Shown: positions 12,205 through 22,848 of the stretch, in pieces | Position numbering within the stretch: position 1 is the stretch's first letter | How the letters are laid out: every line of letters starts with the position of its first letter | Assembly (NCBI GenBank): GCA_963808235.1 | Contig: CAWEEQ010000004.1 | Location: 3,136,001-3,200,000, forward strand | Reading direction: 5' to 3' | Length of the DNA: 64,000 nucleotides | Source: an uncultured delta proteobacterium | GTDB lineage: Bacteria > Desulfobacterota > Binatia > Binatales > Binataceae | Program-made: the position numbers and the translations under genes | Notes under the pieces: model-generated | The model's input: only the letters and a program-made list of their open reading frames with translations | What the model was told of the DNA's origin: nothing | The model's database searches: none

Positions 12205-13025
12205 TTGATCGGCGGGATGAATTCGGGCACGTCCTTCGAGGGCTTCATCTTCCAGGCCGGCTTTCGCTTCTCCATGAATGCGCTCACGCCTTCATATGCG
12301 TCCGGCTGCTTGCCCGCCCACACGAATGCCTTCGTATCGACCGCCTGCGCCTTTTCGGCTTCCGGCTCCGCGAGCAAGCCGTAGATCAGCCGCTTGGTGA
12401 TCGCGACTGATACCGGCGCGGTGTTCTGCGCGATATCGGTCGCCATCTCCCGCACCCGGGTCATGAACTCCGCATCGGGCCATACGTGGCTCACGATTCC
12501 GAACTCGAGCGCCTCGCGCGCGGTGATGATTCTGCCGGTCATCAGCAGTTCATTCGCCTTGGCGAGTCCGATCATCCGCGGCACGGTCCACAGACTGAGC
12601 GCTTCCGGAATAACTCCGCGCCGCACGAACACGAAACCGATTCGCGCGCTCTCGGCCGCGACCCGGATGTCCCATTGCATCGGCAGCGTGATTCCCATCC
12701 CAACCGCCGGCCCGTTGATCGCCGCGATGATCGGTTTGCGCACGTTCCACGGGCGTATCGCAGGTGCCGGCCGCTCCCGACGCTCAGCGCGCGCATCAGC
12801 GTCAAAAGTATTGCCACCGCTCGACAGATCCGCGCCTGCACTGAACGCGCGACCCGCGCCGGTGACGACGATCACGCGGACTTCATCATTGGCATCGAAG
12901 TCGGCGAAGCCCTGGTACAGTTCCGCCGCCATCGAACCTGAGAATGCGTTCAGCTTCTCGGGACGATTGAGCGTGATAGTCGCAACGCCGTCCTTGATTT
13001 CGGTAAGAATGTGCCCGCTCGCCAT
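12201..13025 (-). CDS. Enoyl-CoA hydratase/isomerase (crotonase)
   Basis: LNRPEKLNA, AFSAGADL, KPIIAAINGPAVGMG, AFMEKRKP. Confidence 0.95.
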   Translation of the reverse strand: MASGHILTEIKDGVATITLNRPEKLNAFSGSMAAELYQGFADFDANDEVRVIVVTGAGRAFSAGADLSSGGNTFDADARAERRERPAPAIRPWNVRKPIIAAINGPAVGMGITLPMQWDIRVAAESARIGFVFVRRGVIPEALSLWTVPRMIGLAKANELLMTGRIITAREALEFGIVSHVWPDAEFMTRVREMATDIAQNTAPVSVAITKRLIYGLLAEPEAEKAQAVDTKAFVWAGKQPDAYEGVSAFMEKRKPAWKMKPSKDVPEFIPPIK

Positions 13026-13113
13026 GATTGGATCCTCCGCGCGAATAAAACTTTCCTATGCGGTCGTTTATAACCCGACCCGCCACGTTCGTGAAAGTCG
13101 GCGACGCGAGCGT

Positions 13114-13596
13114 CTACTTGGTGAAATCGATTGGTTGGGGGCAGGCGTTGCCGCCGGCGTTGTAGTCGTAGACCATCCGGCCGCCGAGATCGGCGCCGGC
13201 GGCCATCGCAATCATGATCGCCAACAAGCCGGCGAGGAAAACGTAGCGGCCGCGGGTCGGCATCGGGCGCGCGGCAAGAGCCCATGCGGTCAGGACGCCG
13301 GTCGCTACGGACGCGGCAATCATCAGATGCTTGTGGTGCGCCAGCAGTTGATCGCGGACCGACTGCGATACCATCAGCCCGGCCGCCGCGTAGAGTCCGG
13401 TCGCGAGCGATACGGCTGCGCCGAGCGCTCCCAGAGCCAGCATCCAGAGGCCCGCCCATTGGAGCGACTCGCTGGCGCGAACCCATGCAAGGAAATAAAG
13501 AAGCGCCGCGCCGTAGATAAACGCGATTGGGAAATGTACGAACAGCGGATGCAGATTCTGCAGGTGCGATGCGCCCGGCAGAATGCGCTGGATCAC
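13114..13596 (-). CDS. DUF2231-like membrane protein
   Basis: HPLFVHFPIA, ATGL, HK and GGRMVY pattern over 4 TM helices. Confidence 0.82.
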   Translation of the reverse strand: MIQRILPGASHLQNLHPLFVHFPIAFIYGAALLYFLAWVRASESLQWAGLWMLALGALGAAVSLATGLYAAAGLMVSQSVRDQLLAHHKHLMIAASVATGVLTAWALAARPMPTRGRYVFLAGLLAIMIAMAAGADLGGRMVYDYNAGGNACPQPIDFTK

Positions 13597-13614
13597 AATA
13601 CTATCCGCGCGGCG

Positions 13615-13974
13615 CTACTTCACTGATTCGACGACCAGGTAATCGACGCCGTTCTTGCTGTATTCCTTGCCGGTGACCGTCACCTGATCTTCCATCCGCG
13701 AAATCACGGTATCGGGGAGCGGCGACGCGTCCTTGTTGGGCAGCAGGATATAGGACTTCGCGGTGCCGCTTTCGATGAGCGTCACCGGAATTCCCTTCGA
13801 CGCGCACTTTATCGCGCACGCTTTATGTCCGGCGCCCTTCGCGCCCATCGTGCCGTAGCAGTAAGTATCTTCGAGATTGCCGGTGACCGACTTCGTCGCA
13901 TCGGCGGCGATGCTCACGCCGGTCATGCTGGTCGCGAGCACGAGTGCGAGCCCAAGATTCGCAAGCCGATTCAT
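13615..13974 (-). CDS. Secreted small protein with C...H..CA..C motif
   Basis: Signal peptide followed by DTYCY...GHKACAIKCASKGIP. GGGAGG RBS. Confidence 0.8.
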   Translation of the reverse strand: MNRLANLGLALVLATSMTGVSIAADATKSVTGNLEDTYCYGTMGAKGAGHKACAIKCASKGIPVTLIESGTAKSYILLPNKDASPLPDTVISRMEDQVTVTGKEYSKNGVDYLVVESVK

Positions 13975-13994
13975 CGCTCACCTCCCGGCGAACG

Positions 13995-14192
13995 TCAGTG
14001 CGACGCCGCATGCAACATGCAATGTGCTCCCATCGTATGGCTGCCGCCGGAGCAACACGATGCGCTCGGGCAGCATCCCTGCTTTTTCAGGCAGCACTCG
14101 GGCGTATCCGAGGTGCGCGTGCCGGTCGCGGTCATTCCTAACGGCGCAATCATCACGGTTGCGAGCAGGGCCAGGAACGCAAATTTTTTCAC
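13995..14192 (-). CDS. Secreted 65-aa Cys/His-rich peptide (metallothionein-like)
   Basis: GTG at 14192 with AGGAG RBS. MKKFAFLALLATVMIAPLG signal, then ECCLKKQGCCPSASCCSGGSHTMGAHCMLHAASH. Confidence 0.78.
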   Translation of the reverse strand: MKKFAFLALLATVMIAPLGMTATGTRTSDTPECCLKKQGCCPSASCCSGGSHTMGAHCMLHAASH

Positions 14193-14215
14193 GATGAAAC
14201 TCTCCTGATGCAGAG

Positions 14216-15198
14216 TTAGCGGCGATACGAACGCGCTTCGACCGCCGAGTTGACGTCGCTTCCAGTGAGTAGTTCGCGCCATCCCTTGCGTCGGCGAGCA
14301 CCGGGCAATCGCGCGCCCATTCGATTCAGATGAAACTCGAGAATCTGCTTGAGTTCTTCGTTGAGACGTTCGATCTCGATTTCCTCGGGCATCTTGGGCC
14401 GCGGCTGTCCCTCGGTGATTCCGCCGCGGCGGCGCCCGTAGAGTTGCTGCAAGCGCAACTCCGCCTTCGCGATCATCGCCTTGTACTTGTAATCGAGGCG
14501 GCTGAGCGCGTCGGTCATTTCGGCCAGCGCCACGAACCTGCGCCGCATTCGCCACCATTCAAACAGCGTCACCACCATCACGCCGAACATGATGATCGCG
14601 AGGACGCCGAGGCTAATCGCAGTCGCGCGCCACCATGGCAGCAGCCTGGCCTCCAGTTGCGATTCCTGGTTGTCGCCGGTCAGTTCCTGCACCTGCGCCT
14701 GCAGCGATTTGATTTTTTCTTCCGCCGAGTCGGCCTTTTGCTGCGCGGCTTGTCCCTGCGCGCTCAGCGTCTCGACCTGAGATTTCAGCGTCTCGACTTC
14801 GCTGGTGAACGGATGCGGAACTTTCAGCACCTCGTCGACCATCAACTCGTCATCGGGATGCATCCGGTTGGCGTGCGCTAGTTCGTCGGGCGTGACGCCG
14901 AACATCTGCGCGATGGAACCGAGAGTGTCTCCGGGCCGTATCGTGTACGGAATGACATTGGCGGGATGACTCGGCTTGACGACCGGCGCCGACGACTCAT
15001 CTTGCGCCGTCTGATCTCTTCGCGAGCTTCAGACGGTGCCTCGGCGCCTGGAGCACGGATAATTCTCGAGGGCGGCGCGGACGGGGGGATGGTACGTTCG
15101 TTGAAGTCGGCTTGAGCGAACGCAAGTCCGCAGCCGGCAACTATAAGGGCCACCGCGAGGGCCAGTCTGGATGACCTTAAGCCGCGTCGCGCGTTCAC
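14216..15198 (-). CDS. LysM + coiled-coil + TM protein, frameshift near 14960-15000
   Basis: Signal-like N-terminus from GTG 15198. LysM YTIRPGDTLGSIAQMFGVTPDELAHAN...L.V...LKVP, then heptad coil, TM helix and cytoplasmic coil. Confidence 0.78.
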
Positions 15199-15344
15199 AA
15201 TGGGCGTCCTTTTGCCAGCGAGCCAGACACTAGTATCTATCAGAACCGAATTAGGGTCTAGGAGGCGGGTAAAAAGCAATTCTAATAGCGGCTCCCTGGT
15301 CTGCGATCTGGTCGGATGTAGTGCCGCGTGCCGCTGGAATCAAG

Positions 15345-15495
15345 AACCTAACCCCTACCTCTTCCTCAGGAAGGGGAAAATATTTAAGATCTCGGAGGGG
15401 AAATTTCTAATTTGTGACCCTCACCCGCCGCTCGTTTTTTCACTAAGTCGCTACGCGATGAGCGTCGGCCTCTCCCTGTCAGGGAGAGGCTATTA
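15345..15495 (-). repeat. REP-like palindromes including an inverted copy of hairpin A
   Basis: 15416-15495 reverse-complements to taatagcctctccctgacagggagaggccgacgctc...gagcggcgggtgagggtc, matching 6077-6136. A second hairpin (cccc..cttcctcaggaagggg) lies at 15345-15376. Confidence 0.85.
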
Positions 15496-16465
15496 GGGGT
15501 GCAGCGCTGCGTACGCGGCGCCGACCACTCCGCCGTGGGCTCCCAGAGCGGCGCGGACGATTTTCACCTGTGCCGAGATCGCGCTGAAGGCGCGCTCGCG
15601 GACCTGGGCAAGCATCGTTTTGCGCATGTAGGGCAGCGCGCCGGCGACTCCGCCGCCGATCACGACCAACTCGGGATTGAAGATGTTGAGGAACGACGCG
15701 ATTGCGATTCCGAGGTAGTGGCCTGCGATCGCGAACGTCTCGAGCGCGATGCGATCGCCGCGCGCGCGCCTGCGCGGACAGCGCCGCGCACTGAGAAATT
15801 TCCTTCTTCGTCGAGGACTGTGGCGGGCAACTGCGCGCCTGCCCGCAATCCCAGCCGATCGCGCGAAGCAGGCCGCGCAGGCCGGACGCCGACGCATACG
15901 CTTCGAGGCATCCGCGCGCGCCGCAATCGCATGGCGGACCGTCGGGCTCGACGGTCACGTGTCCGAGTTCGCCGGCCATGCCGCTGCGTCCGTGAACGAA
16001 TTTGCCATCGACGATAATTCCGCCGCCGACTCCGGTGCCGAGCGTGAGCAGCACCACGTCGCGATGTCCGCGCGCGGCGCCGCGCCAGAACTCGCCGAGC
16101 GCCCACGCGTTGGCGTCGTTCTCGAGCACGATCGAGCGCCCGATCAGCGTTTCGAGCTTGCGCCTGAGCGGATATCCGCGCCATGCCGCGACGTGCGGCG
16201 CCGCCATCACGACTCCGCGAGTGCACGTCGAGCGGACCGGGCACCGCGACTCCGATCGCGCGCGGCGAGCCGAGTCCGCGCTCGCGCGCGCGTATCGAGC
16301 AGATGAAGAAGCTGAGTCGCGATATTTTCGGCGACGTCGCCGGCCTGGCGCGACGCGTGCGACGGCGCCGCGCTCCATCAGGATGACCTCGCCGGTCGCG
16401 GATACGGCCGCGCATCGGATATTGGTGCCACCCATATCCAGGCCGACCGCCCACGCCCGCTTCAT
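15493..16465 (-). CDS. ROK family kinase (glucokinase-like), several frameshifts
   Basis: GLDMGGT, GVAVPGP (other frame), ENDANA, LTLGTGVGGG, GELGH, CDCGARGCLE, FNPELVVIGGG. Confidence 0.88.
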
Positions 16466-17253
16466 CGCCCGGAAGTCGCCCGGGAATTTCATCAACGCGA
16501 GATACTCGCGATTTCCGGCCGCGCCTTCGATCGGCGATTCGAGCGTGCCGACGACCGTCAAGTCCGATCTTCTCCGCGAACTCGACGATCCCCGCGACCG
16601 CTTCGCGCCGCAGCTTTTCGTCCTTGACCACGCCGCCCTTGCCGACCTTGCCCTTGCCGACTTCGAACTGCGGCTTGATAAGCGCGACTATCTCCGCGCG
16701 CGGGGCGAGCAGCGCGAGCACCGCGGGGATCACCAGCCGAAGCGAGATAAAGCTGGTATCGATCGTCACGAGCTCGGGCTCGTAGGGCAAGTCGCTCGGC
16801 GAGGCGAGGCGGATATTCATGCGATCGAGCACGGTGACGCGCGGATCCTCGCGCAGCTTCAGCACCAGCTGCCCGTAGCCGACGTCCATCGCGATGACGC
16901 CTTTTGCGCCGCGGCGCAGCAGCACGTCGGTGAAGCCGCCGGTCGATGCGCCCACGTCCATCGCGAGCTTGCCTTCGACCGAGAGTCCGAAGTGCTCGAG
17001 CGCGGCGATCAGCTTGTACGCCCCGCGCGAGGCGAACTGCGGCGCACCCGCCATCAGCGCGATGTCGCGTCTCGGAATCGACCTTGAGATCGGCCTTGTA
17101 CGCCGGGCGCGAATCGACGCGCACGCGCCCCGCCATTATGAGGCGCTGCGCAATCTCGCGGCTGTCGGCAAGGCCGCGCCGCGCCATCTCGGCGTCGAGC
17201 CGAAATCGCGCCAGAGGCGCCGATGCGCGCCGCGGCCGTTGAGCCGGAACCAT
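16462..17253 (-). CDS. tlyA: TlyA family rRNA 2'-O-methyltransferase, frameshifts near 17060 and 16560
   Basis: S4-like RLD...RGL..SR, SRGAYKL, DVGASTGGFTD, SFISL, LIKPQFE, ESPIEGAAGNREY. Confidence 0.9.
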
Positions 17254-17301
17254 TCCTAGAAGGGTGTTTCGTCGTCGTCCTTTGCGCCGGCGGGTTGTTC
17301 G

Positions 17302-17532
17302 TCAGCTCTCTTCGAAAGGCGCCGTGCGCAGTTCGCCGCCGGCGCTCCGCGTTAGCAATTCGACCTTGCGCTCGACTTCGTCGAGTTTCTGATTGAGCGC
17401 CTTGACCAGCATGACGCCGCGCTCGAAGGCGCTGATGGATTCTTCGAGGGTCAATTCGCCGGAATCGATTTGGCTCACGATCGTTTCGAGGTCCTTTAAT
17501 TCGTCTTCGAACTTTTTTGTTTTGGTGGTCAT
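17302..17532 (-). CDS. xseB: Exodeoxyribonuclease VII small subunit
   Basis: KFEDELKDLETIV..IDSGELTLEESISAFERG. Confidence 0.95.
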   Translation of the reverse strand: MTTKTKKFEDELKDLETIVSQIDSGELTLEESISAFERGVMLVKALNQKLDEVERKVELLTRSAGGELRTAPFEES

Positions 17533-17535
17533 GAT

Positions 17536-18893
17536 TCAGACAGTGCGGGCCGGTAGCGCGCGCGGTCAGCCGCCCTTTCGCGAGGCGAATATCGAGTTCC
17601 TCGCCAACGTTTACCGATGCCGCGTCGAGCACCGCGCGCGAATCGCGCAAGTTAGTAACCACTGCGTAGCCGCGATCGAGAACTTTCAGCGGCGAGAGCG
17701 CATCGAGTCTGCCCGCGAGCGCGCCGACCTGTCGGCGGCGCTTTTCAGAGCTGACGACACTCCCCCTGCGCGATATTGATGTCGAGTCTGGCGATGCGGA
17801 GCCGCATGTCTCGCACCGTCGCATCAGGACTGCGAAGCCTCAAGCGCAACTCGCGGATACAGCGGCGGCAATCGTCGATTCGCGATTCGATTGCGGCGCC
17901 GAGTTCCGCGCGAGTGCTCTCGACGCGCTCGCGCGCATCGGCGATCACGCTCGCCGGGATGCCGTATTCTTTCGCCGAGATCGTCGACCGTTTCGCGCAT
18001 CCCCGCGAGTTCACGCTCCATCGCGTTCACCAGCGCCGCCGCATTCGAGGCGACCCGCTCTTTCAGCTCCGCCATGCTCGGAACGACCATCTGCGCGGCG
18101 GCGGTGGGAGTGGGCGCGCGCATATCGGCGACAAAATCCGCAATGGTGTAATCGATCTCGTGGCCGACCGCGGAGATCACCGCGATCGACGAGCGGAAAA
18201 TCGCGCGCGCGACAACCTCTTCGTTGAACGCCCACAAATCTTCGAGCGAACCGCCGCCGCGGCCGACGATCAGCACCTCGGCGCGTCCGTCGCGATTCAG
18301 ATCCGCGATCGCTGGCGCGATCTCATTCGCCGCACCGTCGCCCTGCACTTTCGCCGGCCGGAAAATTACCCGCACATTGGGAAACCGATCGAACAGGATG
18401 CGCAGCATGTCGCGCAGGCCTGCTCCGCCACGCGCGGTTACGATTCCAATCGTCCGCGGCAGAACGGAATCGCGCGCTTGCGCGCCCGATCGAACAAGCC
18501 TTCCGCCTCGAGGCGGCTCTTGAGCTGTTCGAAAGCGACCTGAAGAGCGCCGGCTCCGCGCGGCTCCATTTCCTCCGCGTAGAGTTGCAGCGCGCCGCGT
18601 TGCTCGAATACTTTGACCCGTCCGCGGACGATTACTTCCATCCCGTCGGTCACTTTGAACCGCATCCGGTTGAACGCCGACTTGAACATCACGACGTTGA
18701 TCGCACTGCGCTCATCTTTGAGCGTGAAATAGAAATGATTCGACGGCGCCAGGCGTGCGTTGGAGACTTCGCCGACCACCCAGCACTCAGGCAGGTTGGT
18801 CTCGAGGGTATCGCGAACCATCCGCACCAGGTCCGATACGCTGATGAGGCCGCTCCGATGGCCTCGGAGCGAGAGGTCGAGCTGCCCGTCCAT
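17536..18893 (-). CDS. xseA: Exodeoxyribonuclease VII large subunit, several frameshifts
   Basis: WVVGEVSN..HFYFTLKD, VQGDGA, GRGGGSLEDLWAFNEE, SAVGHEID, RAPTPTAAA and LSPLKVLDRGY spread over several frames. Confidence 0.92.
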
Positions 18894-18902
18894 CGCCAAA
18901 GC

Positions 18903-19584
18903 TTAGCAGAACGCGTCGGAAAGCTCCTATGCGCAGCGTCTAGGATAAGATGCGTCGACGATTGACTTGGCGAGCGGCTCGCGATGGCGCATCCGGCCAA
19001 GGTAGGTGCGCTCATGAGTCGATTCAGAGTGGCCTCGTTGCATCCGCGGCGGGTGACGGGACCGGTTCGAAATCGCAAAAAATATAGCCCGCAATTGTCG
19101 AGCCCGCGGCTCTGCAGCGTGTTATCGTCGAGCGTCGTGGCGTCGACGCATCCGGCGCGGTTACCGACCACGATGATAACTTCGAGTCCGAGCATCGACG
19201 CGAGATCGGCGAAGTCGGTGTTCCCGCTGATGGGCGTGGCGATTCTGCCGGCGGTTTCGAGCAGCATAACGTCGCTCTCCGCGGCGATATCGCGAAAGCA
19301 TCGCGCGATATTCGTCGAGATCGGTGGCGGCGGCGGCGCCATCCGCGAGCGGTAACGATACGGGCAAATCAAGTCGATCTCAGCGACGATGATGCTGCAA
19401 GCGCCAGCGCACGCGCGTCGGCTGAATCCAGCTTGCCTTCGACCTCGACGCATCCCGTGTCGATTGGCTTCATCACGCCGACCCGCATCCCGCGCGCCCG
19501 CATCGCAAACCCGAGCGCGCATCCGACGGTGGTCTTGCCCACGCCTTTGTCAGTGCCGGTGATAAGGAAACGTCGACCATTCAA
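18903..19584 (-). CDS. bioD: Dethiobiotin synthase, frameshifted (3' end approximate)
   Basis: FLITGTDKGVGKTTV, GVMKPIDTG, then LLETAG...P in another frame. Confidence 0.8.
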
Positions 19585-19695
19585 TCGACAGTTGCGACTC
19601 TAATTCGCAGCGAGCACATGATTTCGCGAAGCGACGATGATTTCCGAAGCGATAAAGATATCATCGAGAATTCTCATCGCGGGAGCGAATCCGGA

Positions 19696-20223
19696 ATGAG
19701 CCAACCCAAGCTCAACATCACCGAAAAATGGGAACGCGCGCGCATTCGCCACAGCCATCGGCATCCGCCAGTCAAGAACATCAATCGAGATTCAAGCCGA
19801 GGAAATGACCACCGGCCAGCGAATCGCCGACGGCTCGCGGCGGTGATGGGCAGTTGGCCGTTCATCATTGTGCAATCATTCATACTTGCGATCTGGATCG
19901 GCTGAACGTCGTCGCATAGGATCAATCACTGGGATCCCTATCCGTTCATCCTGCTCAACCTGGCGCTGAGTTTTCAGGCGGCCTATGCGGCGCCGATCAT
20001 CATGATGTCGCAGAATCGGCAGGCCGCGAAGGATCGCCTGATGGCCGAGCAGGACTACGTCGTGAACATCAAGGCCGAGGAAGAGGTGAAATCGATCATG
20101 GCTCATCTCGAGCAGCAGGACGAAGTGATGATCGACATCCTGCGCCGAATCGAGTCGCAGCATCAGGTGATCATGACCAAGCTGGAAGTTCCCCAGCCGG
20201 ACGGAACTGCCCGCGCCCGGTGA
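19696..20223 (+). CDS. DUF1003 family membrane protein, frameshifted
   Basis: MGSWPFIIVQ, WDPYPFILLNLALSFQAAYAAPIIMMSQNRQAAKDR. Confidence 0.85.
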
Positions 20224-20235
20224 TCTGAATCCTCG

Positions 20236-20275
20236 AAAAAGAAAGCGCCGGACATCTCGCTGATGCCCGGCGCTT
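20236..20275 (-). terminator. Intrinsic terminator between convergent DUF1003 and ctpA
   Basis: Stem aagcgccgg...ccggcgctt with an A-run on the left (U-tail for the minus strand). Confidence 0.7.
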
Positions 20276-20297
20276 CGATCGCAATCTGTAACGTTGC

Positions 20298-21746
20298 TTA
20301 GTCGCCTTTCGACTTGACGTCTTGCTCTGCGACAACGGCCTGCATCGATTCGCCCTTCGCGAGCTGGACCTTGTATGTGCTCCAGTGCTTCAGGATGTTG
20401 ATCGCGCGATCGAGCTGCACATCTTTCTCTTCTTTCGGCTTGCCGCCCTTGGCGCCGGGGCCCTTGTCGCCCTTATCGTTGCCGGGCGCTGGTACCGTGC
20501 TCACGCCGGTCGAATATCGGTATCTTTGGCCTTTTCCTTCTTGCCCATTCTGGAAGTGATGCGGCAGGTCGGCCTCGTGGATTTCCGGGTTCTCGTTGAT
20601 CTCGGCGCCCTGTAGCTTGAGCGAGGCGAGCGTTTCCTTGGGCGGCTCGACATCGACGTCGGGGGTGATTCCGACTGCCTGGATCGAGCGGCCGGTCGGC
20701 GTGTAGTAGCGCGCCGTGGTCAGCCTAGCGCCGAATGATCGTCGAGCGGCAGAATCGTCTGCACCGAGCCTTTGCCGAAGGTCTGGGTGCCGAGGATCAC
20801 TGCGCGCTTCTGGTCCTGCAACGCGCCGGCGACGATTTCACTCGCGCTCGCGCTGCCGCCATTCACCAGCACCACCATCGGGTACTCCGAGAAATCTTTT
20901 TTCTTGTGCGAGAAATACTTCTGCTGCTGATTTTCCTGCGCGGCCCTGCGTATAGACGATAAGTCCGCCGTCCAGGAAATCGTCCGAGACTTTCACCGCC
21001 TGGTTCAGCAGCCCACCCGGATTGTCACGCAGGTCGAACACGATTCCCTTGACCTTGCCGTGATCCTTCGCTTCGAATTCGTCGATCGCTTTCTCGACGC
21101 CGTCGCCGGTGTTCTCCTGGAAAGTCGTGACGCGGATATAGCCGTAGCCGCCGTCGAGCATCTTCGACTTCACCGACTGGATCTTGATCACGTCGCGCGC
21201 GAGCGTAACCGTGAACAGCTCGGGTACTCCGTTGCGATGCAGCGTCAGCTTGATCTTGCTGCCCTTGGGCCCGCGCATCCGCTTGACCGCTTCGGTCAGC
21301 GACATGTCCTTGGTGAAGTCGTCATCGATCTTGATGATCTGATCGCCGGCCTTGAGTCCGCCGCGAAACGCCGGCGTATCTTCGATCGGCGCGACGACAG
21401 TGAGCGCGCCGTTCTTAATAGTTATCTCGATTCCAAGTCCGCCAAAGCTGCCCCGCGTCTCGACCTCGAGATCGCGATACAAGTCTGGAGTCAGATACGC
21501 GCTATGCGGATCGAGCGACGCCAGCATCCCGGTTATCGCACCGTCGATCAGCCGCTTCGTCGACACCGGCTCGACGTAGTTCTTCTGCACGATCGCAAGC
21601 ACGCTCGCGAAGGTATCGAGCTCCTGGTAGGTGTCGTTCGGAAGTGCCTGCGCCCGGCGAACTGCAACTTCCTGTAACGCCAGGAACGAAGTGGTTAGAC
21701 AAATCGCTAAGGTGATGGACCATCGATGTCGTTTAATCATTGACAT
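20298..21746 (-). CDS. ctpA: S41 carboxyl-terminal processing protease, frameshifts near 20935 and 20735
   Basis: [16 protein letters not shown] domain, [43 protein letters not shown]. Confidence 0.93.
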
Positions 21747-21875
21747 TACTACTATCGCCGCGATCTCGAGATTATGAGTTTATACATTTAAGCAGATGGA
21801 GCCGCGTGATGCATACGGCTGCGACTGCCGCCCTTGCCAAATTTCAGCCGCCCGTTCCTGCCCCGCCCGCTTTTG

Positions 21876-21996
21876 TCCCGCTTTCGAATCTAACAACTGC
21901 TGAAGCGCGTTCTTCACGCCCGGTCGTGACCAATCCAACGCGCCGATATGATGAGCCGCGATTTGGCCCTTGCCGTTTATTATAGGTGTCTCCGGG
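21876..21996 (-). pseudogene. Diverged duplicate of the 3' end of the tlpA gene
   Basis: Encodes PETPIINGKGQIAAHHIGALDWSRPGVKNALQQLLDSKAG versus PETFIIDRKGQIVAHHMGAFDWSRPDVKDALQQLLDSKAG at 22837-22957 (offset 961 bp). Confidence 0.9.
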
Positions 21997-22101
21997 CCAT
22001 GTCGCGAGAGCCGCTCTGTGAGCCCATATCGACGCGATCTATGGTTCTGCCGGGGTGACATTTGGCAAACAGCGACGCGCTCGGATAGCATCGCCGGGCA
22101 G

Positions 22102-22848
22102 ATGAGCTTCTCGGAACTGCTGATCAGGCCCTCGATTATCGCGGCCATTCTCGAAAGGCGCAGACTTCGGGCGGCCTTCAGGGAAGTTTACCGTAAATTC
22201 CGCCCCTACACGATGATTCACGAGGACCGGTACGTGGAAAACCTCGGACTCTGCGCCAAATTCGGGGCTACGCCCGGCTGCGTAGTGGAGTGCGGAGTGT
22301 GGCGCGGGGGAATGATCGCAGGGATGGTTGCGGTGCTCGGCGCCGGGCGGCAGTACTTTCTGTTCGACAGCTTCGAGGGATTGCCACCCGCAAGCGAAGA
22401 GCTGGACGGCGCGTCGGCGATCGCATGGCAAAGCAACACCAGGTCGGCGGCCTACTACAACAACCTCACCGCCGCGGAGGAAGAAGCCGCGGCAGCGATG
22501 AAGCTTTCCGGCGCGACTTCGTTCTCGATAGTAAAGGGCTGGTTCAATGAAACGATTCCGCGTTTTGCACCTCCATCCGAGATCGCGGTTCTGCGACTCG
22601 ATGGCGATTGGTACGAATCGACCCGGGTCTGCCTGGAAAATCTTTATCCTCACCTTGCGCCGGGCGGAATAATAATTATCGACGACTATTACGACTGGAA
22701 CGGGTGTGCACGGGCCGTCAATGAATTCCTTTCAGGTCTCGCGTCGCCGAATGTTGTTCCGAGGCTCAGCCAGTTCCACGACCGGATCGCCTACCTGGTC
22801 AAACCCGGTCTGGCGCGGTCCCTGATGAACGGTCTATCCAGCTTTTGA
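22102..22848 (+). CDS. TylF/MycF/NovP-type O-methyltransferase
   Basis: VECGVWRGG, FDSFEGLP, KGWFNET, LRLDGDWYEST, PGGIIIIDDY. Confidence 0.92.
   Translation: MSFSELLIRPSIIAAILERRRLRAAFREVYRKFRPYTMIHEDRYVENLGLCAKFGATPGCVVECGVWRGGMIAGMVAVLGAGRQYFLFDSFEGLPPASEELDGASAIAWQSNTRSAAYYNNLTAAEEEAAAAMKLSGATSFSIVKGWFNETIPRFAPPSEIAVLRLDGDWYESTRVCLENLYPHLAPGGIIIIDDYYDWNGCARAVNEFLSGLASPNVVPRLSQFHDRIAYLVKPGLARSLMNGLSSF

Noticed and set aside
15479-17054. Apparent TlyA-ROK fusion or programmed frameshifting
   Set aside because: Lies in the indel-dense block, with no slippery-site pattern, and the shifts fall mid-domain.
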